Assembly (NCBI RefSeq): GCF_009914755.1
Contig: NC_060932.1
Origin: the human T2T-CHM13v2.0 reference genome, Homo sapiens
DNA length: 64,000 nt
Strand: one strand, 5' to 3'
The notes beneath the pieces are model-generated. The model saw only the letters and a list, made by a program, of their open reading frames with translations. It was not told the DNA's origin and did not search any database. Of the stretch, positions 12,960 through 26,655 are shown piece after piece. A program made the position numbers and the translations under genes. How positions within the stretch are numbered: position 1 is the stretch's first letter; each line of letters opens with the position of its first letter.

Positions 12960-13330
12960 AAATCTAACTTTATTAAATAATACAGAAAATTAGATTATAG
13001 CATAGCATATGTTTTGTATCTGCACTTGTATTTAACACTATATTATGAATATCTTTATTCTTCAGTACCTATAGTCCTACTTCATTCTTTATAAGAGCTC
13101 TGTCATATTCTATATACTATATATATTAAAGATATATATTTTTTCACCTGTGACAAAGTTTCTGTAAGATAAATTCCTAGAGAAGAAATTACTAGCCAGA
13201 AATAGTATAAATATATTAATAGATCACAACAATTACTATCTGAGACAATTGAAAAACTTGGCACTACTACCAATGAAATGACTGTTTCTCCACAGCTTTA
13301 CCAGTATTGAATAATATCAATAGTTTTTAT
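12960..13330 (-). mobile_element. Old L1ME-like fragment
   Basis: TTTCTGTAAGATAAATTCCTAGAGAAG...TGTTTCTCCACAG resembles antisense L1M ORF2 end. Confidence 0.5.
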
Positions 13331-13332
13331 TA

Positions 13333-13520
13333 GCTGAAGGGGCAGCAGCAACCATGGCAAACTCTCTCTGGTGCTGGCAGAAATGCAAAAGGGAAAAAGT
13401 GGAAACCCTGGAGGTCTCTTAAGTCCTACTCTCAGACTGTCATTTCAAATACATTGCATGGACTAAAGTCAGTCATGTCGGTGAATCCAAATTTAAAGGG
13501 CTCTAGAGTATACTATGATA
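13333..13520 (-). mobile_element. MLT1 (H/I/J-like) LTR fragment; inverted partner of 16419-16935
   Basis: Reverse complement shows MLT1-like motifs and aligns to 16419-16538 plus 16841-16924. Confidence 0.65.
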
Positions 13521-14254
13521 GGTGTACAATAGTTAAAGAAATTGTGAATTTGGCTATTATTCAAATCCATTCTAATCCCATTTTTATTTTGTTTCTGTGT
13601 TTGTTTTTTTCAGGTTGAAAAGGTCTAGTAAAGTGAAGCAATTTATGCAGTTCCTTTCCTTGTTAAACTGGCATAGGAGGAAAGCAGGTTTGTAAAATGC
13701 CCTGTTACTTAATCTTCATTGATCTTCTATGAACAGCCTCTCTAAATGGTGCTTTTACCCCTTCCAAATGAAATGGCAGGTTTTACAGATTCCATGCAGT
13801 GAGTTGACCTAACTACTTAACTCAGGACAGTTCCCATTACTAAGCTTTATTCTGCAATATAGGAATGTAATATAAATATAATTGTTTTTCCATTGATGTT
13901 TAAAGGGATACTAATTGCTCAAGAAAATATCTTTGCTGAGAAAAGCAACATTTTTCAAGGTATACATGGACTTTCTCTCAAACAGGACTTCCCTTGCTTT
14001 CTGCAATGATGAGGCTTACGTGAATTTTAAGTCTTCCAGAATATATATTTTTCTAAAAGAAATGAAAACATTGGCATTTGAAGAATAGGTCCATTATAGA
14101 ACAATAGATGTAGTTTTCATGAAACGCTCCATTGCATCTTACTCAGACACAAGAAATAAAAAACACAAGTACTTCTCTTACTTTGCAAATATGGCAGTCC
14201 ATATCTGCCACTTGAAATATTGAAAGAAAAACCATTTTCTGTTATTGTTAGTCT

Positions 14255-14800
14255 ATCATATCATAGGGAGTTTTGGTTGCAGGAAACAAGCCAACCATGA
14301 CTGATTTAAGCACAAAAATACATTAAAGAATGTTGAATAGTTTACAGAATCTTAATGCTGGAGTGTTGAGAACAGTCAAAGAGAAAAGCAAAAAGAAAAG
14401 TCAGAGAAACAAGATTAAGGATATGAGAAAAATCTCCCCAAACACCATTGCATCTTGAAACAGATCCTAAAGCTTGTATTGCTGATTCAGCCACCGCTGG
14501 ACAAAGAATGGATGTGGCCACAGGAACTGCTGCCACTATTGGCTCTCAAAATTTGATGTAACCTCTGCTACCTGTCTCCAGAATGCATCCCACGGCCCTG
14601 CTTCTTTACATTCCCACGTTCTCAGTCAAAGACTGAGAAAACCTATTTGTGGGTGCACAAATAGGCAGAACTCAAGGAGAGATTAAGGAGTAAGTATCTG
14701 GCATTATATGCTTGTATATTAGGATGGCTTTCTGTCATACAGTGAAAGATCAATCAAATGTAGAAAGAGAATTCAGAGGCTGGGAAGCCAGAAAAACTAG
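14255..14800 (-). mobile_element. Old ERVL/MaLR LTR (LTR33/MLT1N-like)
   Basis: GAGTTTTGGTTGCAGGAAACAAGCCAACC..TTAAGCACAAAAA resembles the antisense 3' end of these LTRs. Confidence 0.45.
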
Positions 14801-15174
14801 CAATCTATCATTTGTTCACTATAATCTCAGAATATTGGGAATATTTCTTTATGAAGGCAGAAGTTAAAATCTTTCCTTATAACTTTTTCTATTTCATAGT
14901 TATTTAAATGGAGAGACTACAGTAATATTAACCTTTTCCATCCCTTTTGTTCAGGGTTTATGCTTCCTTTTGTTTTGAGGACCACATAGTTTTTAATCCA
15001 ATATGATTTTTTTGTTCATTTTACCTCTCCAGAATTATTATAAACACTATTAAAATTAGACTTACTTCTGCACCTTAGTTCATATTTTCCACTTATCATA
15101 CTTATTTAACTTCTACTTTCCCTTTCTTTTTCCACTGGAGATTTTTCCTCTATGGGTTTGTATTTTATACATGC

Positions 15175-15586
15175 TATGTTAGTCCATTCTTCCACTACTA
15201 TAAAGAAATACCCGAGGCTGGGCCATTCATAAAGAAAAGAAGTTTAATTGGCTCATGATAGTGCAGGCTGCACAAGCATAGCTCCAGCATCTGCTTCTGG
15301 TGAGGACCTCAGGAAGCTTCCAATCATGGAGAAAGGGAAAAGAGCAAGCATGTCACACAGAGAGAGCAGGAGCAAGAGAGAGCAGGAAGAGATCCCAGAC
15401 TTTTAAACAACCAGCTCTCACATGAACTAACAGAGCAAGAACTCACTTATTACCTTGGGGAAGACACCAAGCCATTCATGAGAGTTCCATCCCCATGATC
15501 CAATACTTCCCACTAGGCCCCACCTATAATATTGGAGATGACATTTCAACATGAGATTTGGAAGCAACAATCATACAACCATATCA
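15175..15586 (-). mobile_element. MST (MSTA/MSTB-like) solo LTR
   Basis: TATGTTAGTCCATTC...CAACCATATCA termini. Perfect 5-bp TSD CATGC at 15170-15174 and 15587-15591. Confidence 0.9.
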
Positions 15587-15763
15587 CATGCTCTTCCATT
15601 TCTGGTTACTTATTAAATCCTGTGCCTATATTTCTATTCACTTACCAATATATTAAACGTATCAATATTCACATCATTAAGGATTAAGACAAAGATCACA
15701 GCACATCGTAACCTCAATTTATTCTCTTGGTGCTACTTTCACTTCCCACTGCCAAATAACTTT

Positions 15764-15969
15764 TGTGCTTTCCAAAACAATTCACATGTGGCCCCTAGCC
15801 ACATGTGAATCTTTAAATTGTTTTAATTAAATAAAATTTTAAATTTAGTTTCTCAGTCTTACGAACCACATTTCAAGTGATCAATGGTTCCACTTTACTA
15901 ATGACTTCCACATTGAACAGTACAAATAAGAAATATTTTTATCACAGAGAGGTCAATTGCGCAACACTG
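15764..15969. mobile_element. MER3/MER33 hAT-Charlie MITE relic
   Basis: CTAGCCACATGTG, TTCTCAGTC..CCACATTTCAAGTG..CAAT motifs. Confidence 0.7.
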
Positions 15970-16418
15970 GCTTAGACTTTAATTGTAGATCATGTGGGCA
16001 GTTTTTACATATTTGATTCTTAGTTATTTAAGCATTAATAAAATTTACTTATGTATTATTCTATCCTATTTTCCTTATAGTTTTTCTGTATTTATTCATT
16101 CTTTCACTATGCTTCTTCAAAGCCTATTTCCCAAGAAGTTTCTATGTTCAATTTTTATGAATTCTTCATTCCTGATAACATCTTCAGTTTGTACTTATAT
16201 GTCAATATTAGTTTAACCTCATATAAAATTCTAGGTTTGACATTCATTTCCATCATCTTCACTTTGACCATAATTTTCCTTTGTCTTCTGAAATCCTTGA
16301 TTCTTTCGAGACATCAAGTGACAATTTCAGAGGTTAAATTGAAATACTGGCTCCAATTCTTCATTTTCCTCTCTATCCATATCTTTTGCATGTAACTTTG
16401 TAGATGCTCACACAAAAT

Positions 16419-16935
<517 letters not shown>

Positions 16936-16939
16936 GGAA

Positions 16940-17235
16940 CAAGGAGTGGGTTGGCACAAAGTTGTTTGACAGGACTTCTTACTGATTTACAAAAATAATA
17001 GTGGTTACGACTGACTATACATTGTTGAACTATGGGGTATGAGTATGGCATCCAGGGTATGTCATTTTATGGCTCCTTGGCATCAGTTAGTCTAGAGTTC
17101 ACATAGGAAGTGACGTCAAGAGTTAATTATTTAGCTCAAGGGAGAGGGAAGTGACTTGCTATCACAGTTTTAACGTCTCTCTGGGCCTGATGACTTAAAG
17201 GGGCTCACATTCCTCAGATTACAACTTTTTTCTCA
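16940..17235 (-). mobile_element. Probable ERV1-type LTR fragment
   Basis: GGGGCTCACATTCCTCAGAT..TTTTTCTCA resembles an antisense LTR 5' terminus. Family uncertain. Confidence 0.4.
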
Positions 17236-20200
17236 GAACACATGGTAGTCACTCAGTCAGTAATGAATGTAGCAGTGAGCACATTCTCTGAAGAATGATT
17301 ATAGATCCTAACACCAACTTCAGCCTTTCCCACAGTGCTTCTTACAAGTGAGCAAACAGCCTCCTGCTACAAACCTCCGTCCAGACGTAAGCACCTTTTT
17401 CTGGGCCTTGTGCTTGTTTTCCTCTACCTCTTACCATCATGAATTTATGGATGAGTGCAACTGTGGACCCTAATAACTCTGAGAGGGAAGGGTCCTGAAT
17501 TAATATTCATCTGCCTACTCCCAGTAGCTAATGTCATGCATGCTTGGAGCGTAGTAAATATTCAATCAATGTTTATTGAACAAATAGAAACAACAGAACT
17601 GTGACCCACAGCAGAAAAGTGAGGATTAAAATCAGTTCCACATGTACATATGAGGAATGGCTGCTACCTCCATGACTCCAAAATCTTTTATTTTTGTCCA
17701 CTTACTGAAAATTGAGGTCAACATAACTTTCAGACTACATCTGCTTCCTATCACTCTGTTCCATGAGAAATGGAAACAAAGTTATAAGCAAAGCAAAGTG
17801 AAAACACTGTGAGGTCGTATCCCTGTTGTCAGTTCCTAGGAAAAGAGACAATGTCATATTTTATTGTCTCTAAACCAGAACAATGATGAAAAATAATTCC
17901 CCATCTTCATAACAGTAATATTCAGATACTAAGGCTGCAGTGGCATAGATTTTTGTTGGAAGATACATTTTGGGGAGAATTTGGCAACACATAGAATTGC
18001 TACAATCCATGTCTTTTAACGCCATCTTGGCACTATCCTAATTCTCTTTTCAGATGTTCCACTAGGATGGGTGAGAGTGAGGATGTCTTCCTGCTGTGGA
18101 CAGTTTTTCTTTTCCTTATAAATTTAACAAATACTGTGCCAGTGTGTAGTTTGTTCTCATCTCCACAGAGATAGGACACTAAGAGGAATGCTTTGCTTGA
18201 CACAAATTCAAGGACACCCACTATGCAAGGAGAAATCATGCATCACAAGAAAAGGAAATGTTAGATTTTGCATAACATTGTTCAGTTACCTTAAGACGTG
18301 TTCAGTTTAAACTCCTTCTGTGAACACTGCAGTCTTGAGAGAGTAAATGACAAAGAGACAAGAGGATAGACACATGCCAGGCAGTAAAATCTTACTCAGA
18401 ATATCAGGGACAGTGCATTTTGCAAAAGCTGCAGCAGCTTGGGCATTCTTACGGCATGTGGAATGGATAAAAGGTGTGCAAAATCCTGAGCAATCTTTCA
18501 ATTTTCTATCGAATGATATAGCATTTTGCTTTTCTTTTCAGTAAAATTTAACAACTTAGTGTGACATTAAAATTGTTTCCTTTATAACTTCTATAGTGTC
18601 ATTTTTTTATTTTATGCCATACAATCTCTTTATAAGTAAATCTGTAATTTAAAAATAGAAATCTCCTTTCAACATGCTGACAATTAAGCCCTAATAGACA
18701 GACAGTTCTATCAAGTCCTGCCTGACATCAAATTTGGCTCTCTAGGAGGTCCTGGGAGATTTTGCCCAAAGACATTTTCTCCAGATGTGTCTCTGCAATT
18801 TAGGTTTGAGTTTACACATGCTCATGTTCATATTTTAGGCAAACAAAATCTCAGTAATGTTTTATTGATCTTACTTCAAAAAAATGAGAGCTTAATTGGA
18901 GGAAAGAGATTGTTCCATCTGGATATTTTTGATAAGGTAGACCCTTAGGGAAGATCATTAGGCCCTAATTGGGAAAAGAAATTGGTCCTACTGCTGTCCC
19001 CTCAAGCTATTTCTTCCGCTTATCTTAACAAGAAAGGCCTAGTGGGGCTCTGTGTGCAGGCATAAAGCAGGCCTGGATTTTATGGAATCACATGGAAACT
19101 GAGTGACCAATGAGACGCTGTTGCTGGGGAGAGATTGTAATATATGCTAATGAAATCTGAGTTGATATTTAGTTTTTTAAAGAAAGAGGAAGAAAAGAAT
19201 CTCTCTCTCTCTCTCTTTCCCTCTCTTTTCTCTTTTTCTCTTTCTTAATCTCTATCATGGGCTTTTGATATTAGATACTCTATGCTTATATCAAAATTAC
19301 TTTTGCCTTTTGTTTATCCAGACCTTGTTTATCAACTGTCCTCACTGTCATACACTTCAGACATTTTTTTTTCTTTTTTGCTACTCTATCAGCTTTTCTT
19401 TCTACCAATAAAATCACCATCTCTCATTCTATCATTGATACATTGCTGGTGATTTTGTTAATGTTAAATCTTAAGATAATAAATTTCACACCAAGTATCA
19501 AGTGTTCAAGGTGATAGGGAAGAGTGTGGGGGTCTACATTAGGACAGAGGCCTGGGAGAAAATCTGGACAGGCTCCCAGGGGCTAAAATGCCTGATATCA
19601 TGTCTGCCTACAGGGTCACTCACTTTTGCAGGATTTCAACTAATGGCAGTCAACAGAAATTCTTAAAACATGCCAAGTTGCGCAACATTCTCAAAATCAT
19701 ACAATGCCTATTGCTCAATAATTATTTGCTGAGGATAAATGAGTGAGAAAATAGTATTTTCTTCTTTGGGAAAAATAACATAGTATAGGCCTTTTACTGC
19801 AGTCCAATAATGAGTAAAATGAATCATAAATTTATGAGCCTCAATGATTAAGGAAAATACTCCCAACCAATCTCCCACATGTGTTCATAAACCCCATATC
19901 ACATTAAGATAGTGTTTCCTATTTTTCATCCTTTATTTCTATGAGTGATACTAAATCTTTAATAAAATTAAGTATTAAATGATAGATTTTTCGTTGAATT
20001 TTATCTTGTTTAAAATTCTCTCCATGATACAGAACTCCCTTTGGAAAAAAAGGCAATGTCATTTCCTCTAATTTCTTGTCTGTGCTTCGAATTATTTTAA
20101 ATTGTTGTTATATATTTGTAGAAACAGATACACATAATACAGATCAAATAATGCCCAAAATATAAATTCTCAATTTTATTAATATTTACTTCAAATTAAC

Positions 20201-21404
20201 TCCATTTCTAAGCCAAGAGACTGAAGAAAAACAAGTAAAGTTTGTTGCTGAGGGTAAAGCACAATTAGTTCTGTCTGTTATTCCACGGCGTTGGTAGATA
20301 CCTTTGTCTTTCCAAACAATGCCTCTGGTCCCTGAACACAGTCAGTAAGATCTTGTGATATGCCTGCCCTTCTCAAGCCAGGAGGGCTTGAGATGGGCTT
20401 ATGTTCAATTCCATTAAAATTATTTTCTTATTTACCACACATCCTTGCTCCTGTGGGATCAGAGTGTACAAGCCTGGCTCCCATCTGCCTAAGATGGGAT
20501 CAAACACTGAGGTGTGGACTGACTTCCTTTAACTTCAGAGTAAGTATCCACAATGTAGGAGCATCAAGTCTGCAAATAATAATAATAAAGAAGTTTTGGG
20601 CTATCATCTGTCCTAAGAGTGATTTCATATTTTATTTGCCAGACTTTTGACTCTGCATTTGGTTCTGAGCGGTCCTGGAAGTGTGTTGGATGTTTATGAA
20701 ATGCCCCGATATATTTGCAATTTGCATTTGCCAACTCTATTTGGAAATCAATATATAAGAGTAGAGAAAAAAGTAAAGGCAACTATAATGTTGCCAAATG
20801 TGACTCTTTTTCCATGGTCTTTTTTTTCTTGAAAATGATTGTTTTGATATGAAATGATGACATGAATTTGCAGGAAAATAAGAACCATCTTTGCTATGGC
20901 TTATTTCCTAGGGTATGTGTAACAGATTATTTCTATCATTGTCAATGCTTTGCCAGTGTTTGCTATTGCCAAAAATCTCAGAACTTTACATTCCATTTTT
21001 GTAAGTGTGTCCAGTATTTCTGGCTGTGGCAGAATGATGAATGAATGATGAATGAAATTTTGCCATCATTTCTTAAGCCCCACCTCACCCTGTACCTGGC
21101 TCCATACCAAAGATTCAAGCCATTTCTCTCACTTCTATTCATTCTCTGACTTATGTTGTTCTCTGGCTGGTTTTCTATACATCCCATACACTGGCCTGAA
21201 TTATACTGTTCCCAACCTGGAAATTCTTTAGTTCTTGCCCTTATCCAATCCATTTTTTTCATTCATCTTTTGTCTCACCATCTAGTTTGCAAATCACTTG
21301 AGAGCAATGACCATCTTGTACCTTTTTTGCATTCTTCATGATATCCTGCACACTAGGCACAATGCATGCACTCGCACTCACATAGTCATATATTGGTTAG
21401 AAGC

Positions 21405-21620
21405 TGTGTGTGTGTGTGTATAATGTGTGTTTATATATGTACTTATACATATGTACCCATTATCTTATATAATGGGTATATATGTGTACATTATGTGTGT
21501 ATATATAATGTATGTTATATATATACATTTTATGTTGTATGTGTATAAAATTTTATGTCTATAATCTTATAAAAATATAAATATATAAATATAATTATAA
21601 ATATATGTATATATGTATAA
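21405..21620. repeat. (TG)/(TA)-rich simple repeat
   Basis: Visible dinucleotide low complexity. Confidence 0.85.
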
Positions 21621-21628
21621 ACAATATA

Positions 21629-22072
21629 CAGTTTACCCTTGAACAACATAGATTTAAACTATGTGGGCCCACTTACACGTGAATTTTCTTCTGCCTCTGC
21701 CACCTATAAGACAGTAAGACCAATCCCTTATCTTTCTCCTCTTCCTTAGCCAGACTATTCAATGAAAAGATAAAGATGATGAAGACCTTTATGATAATCC
21801 ACTTCCACCTAACGAATAGTAAGTATATTTTCTCTTCCATATGATGCTCTTAGTAACATTTTCTTTACTCTAGCTTTCTTTATTGTAAAAATATAATATA
21901 TAATAAATACAACATACAAACTATGTGTTAATTGACTCTGTTATTGCTATACCTTCCAGTCATCAATAAGCTGTTAGTAGTTAAGTTTTGGGGGAGTCAA
22001 AAGTTTTATGTGGATTTTTGACTACTGGGGGAGTCAGTGCTCTTAACTCCCTAATTGTTCAAGGGTTAACTG
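21629..22072. mobile_element. Tigger2a (MER28)-like TcMar MITE
   Basis: Terminal inverted repeats CAGTTTACCCTTGAACAA and TTGTTCAAGGGTTAACTG, flanked by TA at 21627-21628 and 22073-22074. Confidence 0.88.
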
Positions 22073-22120
22073 TAAATAATATATATCATTAATATGCACT
22101 CAACATAATGTTGCACTCTA

Positions 22121-22482
22121 CTAGATAGTCTGTTTGGGCTGCTATAACAAAATACCACAGACTGGGTGGCTTATAAACAACAGAAATTTATTTCTCACAG
22201 TTCTGAAGGCTTGAAGTCAAAGATCAAGGAACCAGAACATTCAGTATCTGGGTGAGAACCTGCTTCTTCATAGACAGCCATGGTCTGACTATGTCCTCAC
22301 ATGGTAGAAGGGATGAGGGATCTCTCTGGGGTCTCTGTTATAAGGACACTGACCCCATTCATGAGGGCTTTATCCCCATCACCTAATCATCTCCTAGCAC
22401 CCCTGCCTCTTAATACTATCACCTTGTGGGGTGAATTTCAACATATGAATCTGGGGGGAACACAACCATTCAGTCCATTGCA
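22121..22482 (-). mobile_element. MLT1A-like solo LTR
   Basis: GGGCTGCTATAACAAAATACCACAGACTGGGTGGCTTATAAACAACAGAAATTTATTTCTCACAG...CATTCAGTCCATTGCA. Confidence 0.85.
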
Positions 22483-22589
22483 TGGATACTATAATGGCAT
22501 GAGAAACCAGTACATCTTCCCTTCCTGTTTTACGGGCATTTATACTCTAAGATAATGATGACAATTACAAAATTATTATCTTCCTAATT

Positions 22590-22790
22590 ATTTCATGTAT
22601 TACATGCATATTATATGAGCTAATCTCTACATATATTATCTTATTTGATCTTTATGACAGTCTTGCAAGATAAATACTGTCATTGCCATTTTAGAAGTGA
22701 AGACACTAAGTCTCAGAGAAGTTAAACAACTTTCTCAGGGTTACAGAGTGGGTAAATAACAAAGAGAAACAGGAATTCAGGTCATCTTTC
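22590..22790 (-). mobile_element. MIR relic
   Basis: Core motif ATTTTAGAAGTGAAGACACTAAGTCTCAGAGAAGTTAAACAACTT. Confidence 0.65.
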
Positions 22791-23679
22791 TGTAACAAGA
22801 ACCAGTGGAATATGTTCTTTCTCTTGCTGGTCTTGTTTTACCTGGTTTTAGGAAATAAGGTGAGGAATGCCACTCACTATTCTCCTCATTATGAGTGCCT
22901 TCATTCTCATGTTTCCAGGTACTCACAGCCACCCTACGCTGCCCAGGGGCCTCCTCTACAATGCTCAGAAAAGTACTCTTCCCATCCTTAGGGAAAACCA
23001 TTATCCTTCTTCTGACTCTGATCTCATTTTAACTTGTTTCTCTAGTTATCCTCAGTATCTTCCTAGATGACAGCCTTGCTAGGTGACAGGTAGGCTGATG
23101 TTCACACTTTACTAATGGATAATTATGGCTTAATATTTGTCATTCTTTCTAGAAAAGTGTATGTATTGCAAGTGGGTTCCAAGAATTATAATTTTTATCC
23201 CAAATGAATGAAATTCTAATAATAAGAATATCAAAGTTAATGGAAGGTTTGGAAGCCTTAAGCCTTTCAACAGTGCCCTTCAAATCACATTATAAAAGCA
23301 ATAGCCTGTGCACAAGATTGAAGGACATTTGACTCCAACTTTCATTGTTTTTGCCTAATCTTTTCCTTGAAGTAAAATACAACAGGCTAAAATTGTGGTG
23401 GATACTACTGGCCCTACTTGCAGCCTTCTTTGTATTATTTTGCTCATTGCAGTAACCTGAAATTTTAAGACATTCATTCCAAGTGCCTTATGTCAGAATT
23501 AAATGACTTGATCTCAGAAACGTAACCTCCATAAAAACAGGGATTTTGTCTCATGCTCACTGCTATGGAACCCAGGTTGAGAGCAATTCCTGACAGAGCA
23601 GTCTCTCAGGAAACATTTATGAAGTTAGTTAATGAAATTAGCATATATCACAGCAATTATTCATAAGGATAATCATGGA

Positions 23680-23850
23680 AACTAACATTTATTGTGCTAA
23701 CTATATGATAGGTATTTTTATGAGCCCTCTGCATACATTAATTTAATACTTAGAACACTATTCTTATACTCATTATATAGATGAGGAAACCAAGCCACCA
23801 AGATGTGAAATAGTTTACCTAGTCAAGTAACTAGTCAGTTCTGGATTTGA
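23680..23850 (-). mobile_element. MIR relic
   Basis: Core motif ATTATATAGATGAGGAAACCAAG. Confidence 0.6.
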
Positions 23851-25194
23851 TCATCATATAAAAAGATCATTTGTGATTAGAATAACAAACAAAAATAAAC
23901 ACTACCAGACTCAGAGCCTGATGATTCCCATATTATGTTAATGTCTGTGATTTGAATTTGCTGAGCAATCGCATCTGATTTTCTTTGTACCTCCAATTAT
24001 AGTTTGTATGGTGCTATCTAGGTCAAATCAAGTATCGTTTGCCACAAATATAATTTTATTAGCTCTCTATTGTACATTAGGTGCTCAATCCTCCTCATAT
24101 TTATTTGATAAATATGGATGCTTTTGTCTTTGGGAAATATGTACTCTGAGTTAGCATTAAGGAAATACAGAGTGACCCTGCCTTGGCTTATTGGGCCAGG
24201 TCAGGAATTGAAGGGTACCAGATGGCTGCAGGATCTTGCAGCATGCAGCTCTGTTGCTAGGAGACTGTATTGATCTTTTCTAGCCCCTTTGCAGATGACC
24301 CCATCTACTTTACAGTAATTGATTGCCATCATTTACAGCAGTAGGTAGTTAGCAGCTTTGCCTTGTCTTCAATATTTATAACGTTAAAAATACTAACCAT
24401 TTAAGCATAAAATGCTGTACAGAATTTTATTTTTATCCTATAGCATCCTGTGATTAGGAATGCTTCCTCATTTAGTGTGTCTAATTTTGGATATGGTTAA
24501 ATGGATATATAATTTCCTACCTTCATATGAGCACAGTATGATTATTAAAACTAATTTGCTTACATTAATCAAAGTCAGTTTGTTCCTTACTAATAAAAAA
24601 CAATTTCTTTGTATCTGCCTTGCCCGCTTCTTTGTCCTGGGCACAAAATTCCAGCTAGAATAGCCTTTCTCAAGATGATTCTATTTCAAACATTAAATCA
24701 TCTTACTTATGGAAAATAACAGAAGACATTATCACACCACAGTGCTTTAATGCCTGGCCCCTAAAGGTCAATTTGGACAGGGCAGTCAATGACTTGACAG
24801 CTAGTCCAATGAGAATGCTGAATTTCCTCTCTCACCCTGCTGGTCCAGGGTAACACAGCACTAAATTACAATGCTGTGTTAGTAACTCAGATGGAAGCCT
24901 TTACACAAGTCAGGTTTTGTGTTAAATCTCCCAATGATTAAGTGTCTGATATAAATATATTATAGTTCTGTCTTATATTTCAGGGTAAATTAAAAGAACC
25001 AAATGAGATAGGCTTGAAAAAGGGGAGCATTTAATTAGACCTGTGGAAGACTCCATGTAAATGCATACCGTGGCAGTCTTTACTTTTCCCGTCTTCTCAG
25101 AGAGAGAGCCTTTGAGATCCCAACATCTCATAAGCTTTGACTTCTTTGAGGTTTCTGGGAGAAATGGACATGTGATGGGAGCTTTTGTAAAAAT

Positions 25195-25266
25195 AATGGT
25201 AATAGACCCTGGATACTTACTGTGTGCCAGTCATTAATCTCAGTTTAGATAGATAGATAGATAGAG

Positions 25267-25300
<34 letters not shown>

Positions 25301-25530
25301 AGATAGATAGATATAGAAATGATAGCTATCTAGAGAGAAAGATAGCCACTACTTTACTTACCCATCATATCCCTATTAAGTAGATATTATTATTTTAAAT
25401 CAGATGAGGAAATTGAAGCATAGATGTTTCAAGTGATTTGCCAAGGTCAATGCAACTAGAAAGGGATGAGTGAAGCCAGGATTCAACCCCAGGCAGTTTG
25501 AGGGCAGATTCAGAACTCCTAACCACTATC
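25195..25530 (-). mobile_element. MIR (MIRb-like) containing a GATA microsatellite
   Basis: CAGATGAGGAAATTGAAGCATAG..GTGATTTGCCAAGGTCA..AGCCAGGATTCAACCCCAGGCAG. Confidence 0.75.
25247..25315. repeat. Compound (AGAT)n tetranucleotide STR
   Basis: Three interrupted AGAT blocks visible. Confidence 0.95.
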
Positions 25531-26364
25531 AAGCTTCACCCTGCTGGAATGGTGACTCATGTCTGTCTAGATCTGACCCTACAGCTCAAAATCTTTTTAG
25601 CAAAGCTCCTAGTTAATCATCAAAGAACTCCAGAGATTCTCATCACTCAACTCAATATCAGCTTCTTGATCCATTGCTGACAGCAGCCTCCATCAAATAT
25701 TTTGCTAATCCCAAAACACAGCTCTGAGGACTGAATCAGGCCAGCAACACTTTGTGCATCAGGCCTCTTGAAGGTGAGGTGGGAACCAGTTTCCAAGTCA
25801 CTACCATATATCAGGATTGTCGTCCCCCCAATATTCATTCACTGTGTGTGAATAACGACTGTACTGACTTACATTCCCACATATTCTTTCATATTAAGAA
25901 ATTAATTATAGTAGGTACAGTCTTTACAGCTTCCTAAATTCCCCCTAATCCACTCCCATAAAAATGTAGAGATGAATAACATCTGTAAGGCATAAAGAGA
26001 AATGTTGGGATTACAATATATATCATCCCATTTTGGGGGATAGGGCAACAAAGAACATACTCTTAAGAATATAGTTCACTTTCAAATTTTGTCAATGTAA
26101 TTTTATTCTAAAAAAAGCTAATTCAATTATTTACTATTTTTCAAGCTTCTAAAACATTATTCTTTGAAACTTGTGTCATCATAAAAAATTTAAAATATTT
26201 TAGAATTTGTTTTCTTTTGATCCCTTTTTTTGCTGAAGTATAATGTCTTAGACAATTTTGAGTCTGTTCTCTAAATAAATGAAACTACATAAAATATGAA
26301 GGTAAAAAGGAATAAAAGGAAAAGTGTAAATATCTCAAAAAACGTATTACTAGATTATAACAAT

Positions 26365-26620
26365 AGTAGCTAACATGTATTGAAGGCATACTCTATGCCA
26401 GGCACTATTGTAAGTACTTTCCCTTTATAATTTTATTTCATGTTCACAACAACTACCACCCTATGAGATATGTGCTATTATTATCTCCTTTTTAGCTGAT
26501 AAAGAGACAGAGGCACAGGGAGATAAAGCAACTTGTCAAAGGATACACAACAATTAATTGTCAAAGATAGGTTTTGATTCTGGGCAATAAGGCTGCAGAG
26601 ACCATATTCTTAAGCACAAT
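26365..26620 (-). mobile_element. MIR relic
   Basis: GCTAACATGTATTGAAG..TATGCCAGGCACT..GAGACAGAGGCACAGGGAGATAAAGCAACTTG. Confidence 0.75.
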
Positions 26621-26655
26621 GTTGATATTCATTTTAACTATTAGAAAACTTTCAG

